64,000 nt of DNA from the human T2T-CHM13v2.0 reference genome, Homo sapiens. Below, piece by piece: positions 52,838 through 64,000 of this stretch. Both the position numbers and the translations under genes were made by a program. The notes below the pieces were generated by a model. The model ran no database searches and was not told the DNA's origin. It saw only the letters and a list, made by a program, of their open reading frames with translations. The stretch lies in NCBI RefSeq assembly GCF_009914755.1, contig NC_060930.1; one strand, written 5' to 3'. The number at the start of each line of letters is the position of its first letter. The first letter of the stretch is position 1.

Positions 52838-53220
52838 TATTCATGCATATAAAATGTAATGCCATGCTTGCTTAAAAGCTGACCAAAAGAAAATCTGTTG
52901 GCCTTTCAAGCACCCCAAAACATCTCTAACCTATCTGGTCTATATGGGATGTTTGAAGGTCAGTGATAATCACTGTATCTTTAGCATTTATAGAATTTCA
53001 TATGAGTTATATATCCACTTCTGAACTTCTGCCATTAAAGGGATATAGAAAAGCTTTAGACAAAGAATACCCTCAAAACTTTTTGACCTAGCCTCATAAA
53101 TAAGAAACAAGAAATAAAAACCTTTGAAATTTTCAAGTAAAAATAGTGATTTAAAAGCAGATTAAGATTGCTCAGTACTACACAAACACGAGCATTTGTA
53201 TTTGAAGTATTTACATAAAA

Positions 53221-53640
53221 TATTGGTTATGGTTCTTATCCACGGGTAACAGAGACTCACTTATAACAGGAATTTGAATGGATATTGAGATGCTGGTAGA
53301 ATTTCTGAGAAAACTAGAGAAACAGGTTGGGAAGCAGGCAGGAATAAAGACAGGCCAGGCCACCAGAACCAGTCTTGTGAGGACCCTGGTGTTGACCATT
53401 CTGGACCCTGGACCCAGTAGCTCATAAAGCATCCTGTGGACACTGGGCATAGTGGTGGCACCATTGCCACTGCTGCCATCCAGAAATGGATTCCCTGTGC
53501 ATCACCAGCTGCCCGATCACAGTTCCAGCCCAGTGAATCTGAGGAGCTGGCCTATGGCACATACCCACACCCTAACTGGAAGGGGCTTCCGATCTTGAGC
53601 ATCTGGCTTTTTTGACTTCTATAGGGAAGGCATACTCAGT
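53221..53640 (-). mobile_element. Old MLT1-type LTR
   Basis: tattggttatggttcttatccacgggtaacagagactcac...ccagcccagtgaatctgaggagctggcctatggcacatacccacacc. Confidence 0.45.
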
Positions 53641-54766
53641 TTCCTATTAAGATTCATAAGTTCAAAGATTCCACAAAAAGGCTAGAAAGAGTCTAGATTT
53701 ATCTCTATTACGTAGTAAAATTGAAAGGGGTTCAAGATGTAGTATAAAACATTTAGAGTCATGTTTAACTTTTGTAATCAGGTAACTTCCTTTGACCTGG
53801 TCTAAATGTTTGTCTCCTTTCCAGAAATCTTTTAAACTAGGATTCTCACTTCATTAGAGAGTTGTTTTTGTTTTATATAATTTCTCTGGCCTCACAATAT
53901 TTGACTTAACTGGTACTTATTTTGAAAGTTATATTATTAAATAAGGGGAAAATTATTACAATAAACTCAAAGAAGATAAAAACTTAGTAAAACTTGATAA
54001 GTAGAAGAAAGCAGAGTCAGAGTAGAATCTGATGAGTCATATAAGAGCATTCTTTTTCACTTTCAGCAAAAGCATTCCAAAAATTTAATGACATAGACTA
54101 ATATTATGATTCTACTGGGCGTTTTTAAAAATGTAAATGGATTCCTCTAAAATAGATAACCAAAAGATGCAATAAATCTTTGCAGCTAATTTGACTTTAC
54201 TCTTAAATTAGTTTCAAGGTGATCTCTCTCCATTCTTAAAAAAATTGAGGATGACAGCATCAGGGTCTTGGTGTGGAATTTTACTGAGTGATTTCAGAAA
54301 GATGACTTTTTAGATGAATTCTCTTGCTGTTTATTAAATACCTTTTACATTAAAAACACTGGAATCACACATAAAAGAATAATGTGACACCATTTCTGTT
54401 TTCAAGGAGCTTTCACTCCACTGTGGTGAGAGACTTATGATATGACTGATATAAAGCAGGAAAGCAAAAGTGCCAAATAGAGAAGTTCCAAACCATAGCA
54501 GGCTAGAAAAAGGAGGGATGCACCCCATTATGGGGAAGTAGATGAGGCTGCCTTTGAACTAGGCTTTGAAAGATAAAAATAAGAAGAAAGAGGTGAAAAA
54601 TTCAATAAAGGATGAAGGGACTGAAATTTCAAAGATAAGATCAACTTAAGTGCTTGGCCTATTCAGAAAGCAGCAGATAAAGCTACAGAGAAGGAACACA
54701 GGACTCATAAAGGATGGCAAAGAATTTGGCTTTTGTCTTACACTCTCCTCTGGAGCTCTCCTGGGG

Positions 54767-55250
54767 CAGACAGTGCTGGCTGCCTACCCCACAACCATAC
54801 CCCTTCTTATCGGTAAGCAGAACCTTCATTTTGGTCATTATTGAGCATCCGAGGGATTGAATGACTATTTTTCTAAGCCAGTTATACAATTCCTTCTCCC
54901 TTTGCAGTTATTGGTTTAGATATGCAAGTGGGATAAAACCTTGGTCACTGAGTGGTAATAGAATACATGCTGGATGCTTTCTGGAAAAGGGACCTGAGAC
55001 AGCAAGTTGATCCTGCCAGTCTTCGAACATCATTCTGGGGATATGTTGCTTGAAAAGGTAGCAAGTAACCTGTGTCCGTGAGTAGAGCAGAGAAGTCATG
55101 TGGAGTCCTCTCTAGATTGAATTGCTGAAGTAACTGACCTTAGTACCACCTACTTGGGCACTTATTGTTATGAGGAATGAGGAATTTTGCTTCCTGCTTA
55201 TGGTGATTTTGATATTTAATTACTTGTAGTGAATGCATTTGCAGTAATAG
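54767..55250 (+). mobile_element. MLT1J-like MaLR LTR
   Basis: ggcagacagtgctggctgcctacccc...agcagaaccttcattttgg...ttacttgtagtgaatgcatt. Confidence 0.6.
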
Positions 55251-56769
55251 ATTTATCCTGTTCTGACTCAATCCTGAAATCTGCTTGGAACATTCAGATT
55301 AAAGAAAATGCTTACTTTTTCATCTGTCACTCTATTTAGGCAAAATTTTTCCTGTTAATTACTTTTGTATTTAATACTTTTTTTCCTTTAGGAACAAATT
55401 TACTCTCTTAAGTTCTGTTAAATATTTATTTAGTTGTTATACCCAAGAGCAGAGGAATAGATGAATATGGAAAATGGTCCAATAGTTAAAAGTGCTCAGA
55501 TATATTCATATGCTAGAATGTGCTTTTATTATTTAATGGAGAAAATGAATTTTTCTGCAGAAATGTTATTGTTAGTACTTTCTGCACTACTGGGGAGAAT
55601 GGAAGTCATCTTTATTAGCCTTCTCATTTGAAGAGAATACAAACTTTCAGCAAAGTTTTCATGAAAGAGATTATTCTCACTTCAGGGAGCTCAGTATGAT
55701 CTGTGCTGTGGATCAGAAAACTGAACCAGGCCACGAGGACTCCATTGGAACCTAAATTTGCTTGTTGGGATTCTGCCAGCTGAGGCTTTATTCTTTTTTC
55801 CTCACTCCTGATGATTCTTTTATTCTCCTTTTGTTTTTAGCAGACACTACTGGAATTTCATCTATTCTGTTCTTCCCATTTAATGCCAAATCTTTTCTTC
55901 TGATCAGTGTGTTAATTTGTAATTAAAGTTGCCCAAGCACCTTGAACATATCCTTATCTAATCAAGTGAAGCCTGGAAGTCGATACACAAGTCACAATCT
56001 CCTTTAGCTACATGATTATTTAAAACTGAGAGTGTGGTAAACTTCCGGAGTTCAAACAAAGTTGAAACCCAAAACTTCATACACAATAACACATTTATTT
56101 AGTCTTAAACATCATGAGTTTCTGAGTGTCTACTTTTCCAACTTCTTCAAATAACGAACATTATTTGAAATGTCTGATTTGTATTTCTTCATTTAAATAT
56201 AAAAACATAGGGGCTGTATTTTGAAGCCATTGTTTATGTAAAACTTTCCATAAAAAGAGTTTTTAATTTTCTTTTTAAATGTCTACTTCTTCTATTTTAA
56301 CAATTTATATGTATTTTAAAATTTGGAAAATATTGAAAAAACACAAAAAAAGAAAATTATTCTAAATCACATCAAGTGTGGTGAGATAGCCTATTTATTT
56401 TTATCTATTAAGATGTGTGTTTATGAGTGTGCCTATATTTGTGTATACACACACATATGCAAGTATATTATGTATTTAATATAGTGGTATATAAATAAAT
56501 TCAGATTGGTATTTACTGTACTCACTATTTTTAAGGTAACTTTTTATGTTGATATAATTTTAAACTTTCATATAGTTTTCAATTTTGGTACAAGGAACTC
56601 CCATATACCCTCTATTCAGATTTAACAATTACTTACATTTTTCCTATCTGTTCTCAGCATTTTATAACTTGCTGTTTTAGTAGCAAGGATACCATATTTT
56701 CTAGAAATTACTAAATATGCTTGTACTGCATGATTCTAATGATGATGATGGGGATGATGTTGACAACAA

Positions 56770-56958
56770 TGATGGTGATTGCTAAATAGTTATTGGACAC
56801 TTTTATGTGTCAGGCAGTGTTCTAATTGCTTTACATGTAATATTTTAATCCTTAAAATAACTAGGAGGTATATATTCTTATTGCTCTATGTTAAAAGAGT
56901 ACAAACCAAACACAAAGAAGTGAAGCAACACAAACTGGCAGGTGAAAAGCAAGGAATT
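56770..56958 (-). mobile_element. MIR SINE
   Basis: ttattggacacttttatgtgtcaggcagtgttctaattgctttacatg...tttaatccttaaaataac. Confidence 0.65.
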
Positions 56959-57360
56959 GGTTAGGGAAAAAACCTCAACCTTCGTAGCAGAGGCGCTGAA
57001 AGTAAACTGTACTACTCATTGGATCAGAGCAAGACAGGTCATTACTCACAGCACAGCGACAGCAGAAGCATCAGTATGTTAGTGCTAGTTCTCCTTACCC
57101 TAAATATCATGGGATGATGCAATGGCCTGGTTGGGCTGGAACTCAGGGCTAAGGGCTCAGTACCTTTTATGGTATGCAATAAACAAGCCCCTCCTGAGCA
57201 GTCACATGGGTATGTTTTTGTTGCCTTGACCTACTTAACTGTGTTTGAGTCTATCTGCAGAAACAGCATCAGGCTAGAGGAGATTAGGCCCTGTAACTTG
57301 ACACACTGAGCAAAGATGTGCATGAATGCTTAGGGCCATGGCAGACTGCCCTTCTCAACT
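56959..57360 (-). mobile_element. ERV1-type LTR (MER90/MER110-like)
   Basis: Reverse complement starts gttgagaagggcagtctgccatggccctaagcattcatgcacatctttgctcagtgtgtcaag. Confidence 0.5.
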
Positions 57361-60244
57361 AATATGTAGTCAAATAAATTGATCCACATGATTGATTATA
57401 TTATGACACCTTTGATCTCATTTTAAAAAATTTACTATAAATTATTTGATTAGTTCCATTGTTTGGGCTATAAAAGGTGTTTCTATTTTTCTTTTTTTGA
57501 GGGAACTTATAGTCTCATTTGTTTTTAATTTTTGTCTTAAAGAAAAAAGTTAGAATTTTATAAACCTTATTGTAGCATAAATGGTCTGTATCTCAAGTCC
57601 CATTTTTCCCCTGGGTTTTCTTGTTTTATTTTAATTATATATTGATAAATTATAGTTGTATATATTTAAGGGGTACAAAGTAGTGTTATGATTTTTAAAA
57701 CAATGTGACATGATTAAATTAAGCTAATCAACATATTCATCACCTCAAATGAACATTTTTTATGATGAGTTCACTTGAAATGTATTCTCTTAGTGACTGA
57801 AATATACAGTTTTCAAGTATTAGCAATATTCACCATGTTATGCAATATATCTCAAAAAAGAAATCAAACATTCTTCTTATCTAACTGAGATTTCATACCC
57901 TTTGACTATCTCCACATTTCCCCCATCCACCAGCCTCTGGTAACCACCACTCTACTCTCTGTTTCTATGAGTTCGATTATTTTAGGTTCCACATATAAAA
58001 CATATAGTATTTGCTTTCCTGTGTTGGGCTTATTTTACTTAGCATAATGCTCTCCAAGTTGATTCATATTACAATTGACTGAATTTCTCCCCTTTTTAAG
58101 GCTGAATAATATTTCATTGTGTTTAGATACCACATTTTCTTTATCCATTCATCCACTGATGGACACTAAGGTTGATTTCATAACTTGAATATTGCAAATA
58201 GTGCTGCAATCAATGTGGGAGCACAGATATCTCTTCAACATACCGATTTCAAATCTTTTGAGTAAATACCCAGAATTTAGATTGTTGGATTATATGATGA
58301 TTGTATTTTTAGTTTTTTGAGGAGCCTCCAAACTGTTTTCCATAATAGCTCTACCAATTTACATTCCCACCAACAGTGTACAAGGTTTCTCTTTTCTCCA
58401 CATTCTCACCAACACTTATTTTTCATATTTTTGAAAATAGCCATTCTAACAGGTGTAAGGTGATATCTCATTGTGGTTTTAACTTGCATCTCCCTAGTGA
58501 TTAGTCATGTCGCAGACTTTTTTCATATATCTGTTAGCCATTTGTATGCTGTCTTTTGAGAAATGTCTATTCAGATTGCTTGCCCTTAATCAGATTTTCT
58601 TTCTATAGATTGAATTCTTTATATATTTTGAATATTAATCCCTTACTACATGTATGACTTGCTAATATTTTATTTCTGTCCATAGGTTATCTTTCAACTC
58701 TATCAATTTTTTTTCTTTGCCACACAGAAGGTTTTTATTCTCATTTGTCTGTTTCTGTTTTTGTTGTCTGTGCTTTTGAAGTCAAATCTAAAAAATCTTT
58801 GCCCAGACCAATGTTGAATAATTTTTCTCCTGTTTTCTTCTTATAGTTCTATGGTTTCAGGCCTTATGCTTAAGTCTTTGAAACATTCTGAGCTTATTTT
58901 CATATATGGTGTGAGGTAAAGGTCCACTTTCATTTTTTTACATATGAATGTCCACTTTTCCCAACATATTTATTGAAGAGACTGTCCTCTTCCCTTTGCA
59001 TATTCTTTGTACCTTTTTCAAAAATGAATTGACTGTAGTTGTATGGGTTCATTTCTGGGCCCTTCATTCTGTTTTCACTGGTCAATGTGTCTATTTTTGT
59101 ACCAGCACCACGCTGTTTTAATTACCATCACTTTGTAGCATTGCTTGAAATCAGGTGATGTTGATGCCTCCAGCTTTGTTCTTTTTGCTTATGATTGCTG
59201 TGGCCATTTGAGATTTTTTTGGATCCATATGAATTTTTAAATTGTTTTTTCTATATCTATGAAAAATGACATTGGAATTTTGGTAAGGATTACATTTAAA
59301 TCTATAGATTGCATTGGATGGTGTGAACATTTTAATATTAATTCTTCCAATCCATAAGCATGGGCTATCTTTGAATTTATTTTTGTCTTCATTTATTTCT
59401 TTCATTAATGTTTTATAGTTTTCAATGTACAGGTCTTTCATCTCCTTGGTTACATTTATTCCTAAGTATTTAATTTTTTTGTAGCTATTGTAAATGTGAT
59501 TGTTCTCTTGATTGCTTTTTGGGAAAGTTCATTTTTAGTGTAGAGAAATGTTACTGATTTTTGTGTGTTAATTTTGTATCCTGCAACTTTACCAAATTTG
59601 TTATTAGTTATAACAGTTTTCGGTTATAGACTTTAGCTTTTTCTGTATATAAGATGATTCCATCAGCAAGTAGCAATGGTTTTAATTCTTTTTTATTTAG
59701 ATGCCTTTTATTTCTTTCTTCTGGCTTATTGCTCTAAGCGGGACTTCCATTACAATGCTCAATAGAAGTAGCAAGAGGTGGAATTTTTGTCTTGTTGCAG
59801 TTATTAGAGAAAAGGGTTTCAATTTTTCATCATTGGTATAATGTTAGCTGCGGGCTTATTACATATGGCCTTTGTTGTGTTGAAAGACTTTACTTTTATA
59901 CCTAATTTGCTGAGTGTTTTTGTCATGAAAGGATGTTGAATTTTGTCAAATTTTTTTCTGTGTCTAATGAGGTGATTATATAACTTTTTGTCCTTCAATC
60001 TGTTAATATGGTGTATCACATTTATTGATTTGTGAATGCTAAACCATCCTTGCATCCCAGAAATAAATCTCACTTGATCATGATAAGTGATCCTTTGTGA
60101 TGCTGAGTTTGGCTTGCTACTAATTTGTTGAGAATTGTTGTGTCTATATTCATCAAGGATATTGGCCTGTAGTTTTCTTTCCTTTTATATCGTTGTTTGG
60201 CTTTGGTATCAGAGTGATGCTGGCCTTATTAAAAAAAATTCTGG

Positions 60245-60480
<236 letters not shown>

Positions 60481-61366
60481 GTTTGGAAGTAGTTTTCCTC
60501 TTTAATTTTTTGCTAAGTATTACTATCCCTGCATTATTTTGTTTTTTATTTGCATAGAATATCTTTTTTCAATCCTTCATTTTCAGTCTATGTGTATCCT
60601 AAAAAGTGAGGTAAGTCTCTCGTAGGCAGTATATAGTTGGGTCTTATTTTTTTTATACATTCATTTACTGTATGTCCTTTTATTGGAGAATTTAATCAAT
60701 TTACATTCAAGGTACTTGTTGATAGGTAAGGACTCACTACTGCCAATAGTAAGGAATTACTGTTCACAATTTTGTTAATTGTTTTCTGGGTTTTTGGAGA
60801 TACTTTGTTTCTTCCTTTCTTGCTGTCTTCCTTTGTGGTTTCATAAATTTCTGTAGTTGTAGTTTTGAACCTTTTTTATTTTTCTGTGTGTCTCCAATAG
60901 ACTTTTTTGGTTTTTGTTTACCATGAGGCTTACATAGAATATCTTCTACTTATAACAGTTTATTTCAAGCTAAGAGTGAGCAAATTTTGCATACAACAAA
61001 TCTACACTTTTACTTCCCCCACACACATAATTTTCATTTTTAATGTCTGAATTACATCTTTTTTTATAGTATGTATTCCTCAACAATTTATTTCAACAGT
61101 AGTTATTAATGTTTTTGTCCTTTACCCCTGTACTAAGAATAAAATTATTTTATATACTAACATTATAGTCCTAGAGCATTCTGATTATTGCTCTGTATTA
61201 CTTAGACCACTGGGTTTGTGCATTTATAACTTTTATGTTATTTATTAGAAGCTTTTTGTTTCAGTTTAAAGAACTTCCTTTAGCAATTCCTGTAAGGCAG
61301 GCCTAATGGTGATAAACTCCCTTAACTTTTGTTTACCTGAGAATGTTTTTATTTTTTCCTCATTTC

Positions 61367-61831
61367 TTTTTTCTTTTTTTAATGTTTGTAGCAACTTTAT
61401 TCACCAGAACCAGAAAACCTGAAAAATATTCAGCCATCCTTCAATGGGCATGTGGTTAAACAAACTGATACATCCATAACATGGACTACCTCAGCAATAC
61501 AAGAAATGAACTATTGATACATGCAGAAAATTGTATGAATCTTCAGGGAGTTATGCTGAGTGAAAAAAGCCAATCCCTAAAGATTAGACATTATATGATT
61601 CTTCTCATATAATGTTCTTAAAATGACATAATTATAAACATAAACAACAGGTTAGTAGTGGCCAGGGGTAGGGAATGGAAGAGGGGAGAGGAGTAGATGG
61701 GAACGTGGACAACACAAGGGATCTTTCTGGTGATGGAAATTTTCTGTATCTTTACTGTATAAATGTCAAAATCCTGGTTTTGCTATTGTGCACATCTTGT
61801 AAACATCTTATTTTGTAAGATGCTACCATTG
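61367..61831 (-). pseudogene. Polyadenylated retrocopy whose body is antisense L1MC1/2-like 3' UTR sequence
   Basis: T tract at 61367-61380, minus-strand AATAAA at 61396-61401, flanks ttttcctcatttc/tctccctcatttc; L1MC homology is on the + strand. Confidence 0.72.
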
Positions 61832-62070
61832 TCTCCCTCATTTCCAAAAGAATGCTTTGCCACGTATTCTTGGTTGACAGGTTTGCTGACAGGTTTTGAA
61901 TATTTCATCCCACTCTTTCCTGCCTTGCAAGGGCTCTACTGAGAAGTCCACTGATAGTGGTATTAAAATGCCATTGTATGAAATGCACTTCTTATCTCTT
62001 GCTGCTCTCAAAATTGTCTTTTATTTTTAATAATTTGATTATTACTTGTCTTGATGAACTCTTTGGGTTG

Positions 62071-62387
62071 AAAAATATGGAAAGATTCACAAATTTTCAT
62101 GTCATCTTTGTGCAGGGACCATGTTAATATTCTATCATTCCAATTTTAGTACAAATGCTCCTTGGCTTACAATAGAGTTACTTTCCAATAAACCCATCGT
62201 AAGTAGAAAGTATTATGTTGAAATACGCAGATGACTGAAAGCAATGGCTGACTACTTTAGGGATGGTGAAATAAGTATGGTGTCTACCAAATGTTTATCA
62301 CTTTTAAGTTATTGTAAAGTTGAAAAACCACAAGATAAACCACCATAAATCAAAGATTATCTGTATATGTGCTGCTAAAGTGAGCAC
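62071..62387 (-). pseudogene. U6 snRNA retropseudogene, near full length, in two pieces (62071-62151 and 62364-62387)
   Basis: Reverse complement reads gtgctcactttagcagcacatata|ctaaaattggaatgatagaatattaacatggtccctgcacaaagatgacatgaaaatttgtgaatctttccatattttt, a diverged U6. Confidence 0.92.
62152..62363 (+). mobile_element. MER47-family (Tigger) MITE inside U6
   Basis: caaatgctccttggcttacaatagagttac...aaacccatcgtaagt ... ccataaatcaaagattatctg; TA duplicated at 62150-62151 and 62364-62365. Confidence 0.8.
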
Positions 62388-64000
62388 TCTATTTTTTTTA
62401 ACCAGAGATGTAAAGTTATTGTAAACATTCTTCACACACACACATCTTCTCACATCTCTGATTATTTTCTTCAAGTAAATTTCTTGAACTAGAATTATTG
62501 CCTCAAAGAGATTGCATATTTTAAGTATTCTTTTTGCCATATTGCCAATTGCACCCCTGAAATATTTCATGAGTCAGTTCTTCAGCAGCATTTTCTACAA
62601 ATATCATTGTCTCTTCCTTTTCAATATTTATGTTTCAATATCTCTGCTTAGCCTTCCTTCATCTTACTGAATTGACAAGAAAGTCCAGAATATTGGTATT
62701 GGGAACATTTATACAAACAAATATCCATTTCTAATGAAAATTCTATGTTTTCAAATTATTTGTTGGCCACCCAGATAACAAGCCTTGTTAAAAACCAAAT
62801 TTATTTGCTCACTTATTTTGTGTTTTCTAAGGATCAGAACTTTGATGAATATATGGAGGGGTTGTTAAAGTTAGCATAAGACAATAAAAATGTCTTCTAT
62901 GTAACAAAAAATACATATAGCAATACTAGACTAAAATTGTTTAGTTTTTGTTTTATAATTATGGATTCTCAGCAGCACGTACTGATACTTCGGTTTTCTT
63001 ATAATAAAATTAATAAAAATTATCAGACAGTATAGACATGGGAGCAGTTTTTTTACATGTTTAATTTCCATGTTTCTTCTCCCAGTTTCCACTGACTGAC
63101 TGTCTTCTGCATTCTTCCCATTTTTATTCCACAGTATTTTAGTCCTCTGTCAGTCGGCTCCAGATGTTTTCTTGCAACTGTAATTTGCACAAGAATTCTA
63201 GTCTTTGCCTGTGCCTTTGCTCAGCATTCATTTGAATTTGAGTTTTTATAACTGCCTTACCAAAAAGCTTTTACTTCTCTCTAAAATACCCTGTAAAATG
63301 CTTGCTCTTGATTACTTATACCCTGAGAACAGCTTTGCTCTCTGTGAGGTACCAAAGCTCTGACTGTTGCTCTACTCTCATTACTCTATGCTTTTGCTGC
63401 CTCTGGCCTTTTGTGTTTTGAACCTCCTGTGGTCTGTGGCTGCTATGAGAAGGTCAAAGCTATGGAGTGGCTAAAATGATTAGTGAAGGGCCAACCTGAG
63501 AGGATATTGATCTGCTTCTCCACGAAATGGCAATCATAATGTTTCTTTATTTTCAGAATTTATTTTCATAACAATTTAAAATGTTAACAGGGATAAAATA
63601 GAATTGAATAAACAGTATAGTTTATTTAATATGCCTTTTCACTGTGTCTCATCATATTGGTGATACCGAAATATTCTTCTTCTGAGATAGATTTGGGATC
63701 TAAGGGCAGGCATGTTGTAATCTGAGGGAGAGGGGCTGACTAGTTAATGTCATAGACTTTTGAGTCTGTTGATTCATTTTCTATCCTGTAGAATGAGCAG
63801 TTAAGAATTCTAGCTGGCCCAGGTTCTGCCTACTGGTATAATTTCTATATCTGATGTCCTTCAGAGATACCCTGAAGGGAGTATTGGGGCGGATTCTCAT
63901 AACGAGGCTGTTCATAATGCATAGAAATCCAGTCTGGCTCTGCCAGCATCTTTTGTAGTCCTGACTTAAAACAAAGCCTTACTTTAGCTGAGTTTCCCAT

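Noticed and set aside
62071-62387. Functional U6 gene
   Set aside because: Diverged (the ACAGAGA box is lost), interrupted by a MITE, fused to L1, and with no upstream PSE/TATA promoter evident.

Overview
This is AT-rich, CpG-poor primate nuclear DNA, hominoid-like because it carries AluY and L1PA2 copies. It looks intergenic or deep intronic. I recognise no host protein-coding exon, rRNA, tRNA or CRISPR array, and every ORF I can assign in the track derives from a repeat. The window is a dense fossil record of L1, Alu, MIR, L2, LTR and DNA-transposon insertions. Repeat subfamily names come from recalled consensus sequences, not from a search. The notable structures are mechanistic oddities of retrotransposition and repair: (1) a ~4.9 kb U6 snRNA-L1 chimeric retrogene (57.5-62.4 kb) with an apparent 3' transduction, whose U6 part was later split by a MER47 MITE and whose L1 part captured a polyadenylated antisense-L1MC retrocopy; (2) a 5'-intact, tail-less, 3'-truncated L1PA flanked by a 16-bp TSD and keeping an open, extended ORF0; (3) a one-ended MER11 LTR flanked by a ~76-bp duplication; (4) a perfect 41-bp templated insertion copied from 1.3 kb away; and (5) two 5'-inverted (twin-primed) L1s. 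I see no evidence for a wholly new biological system. These are unusual instances of known or partly understood processes.
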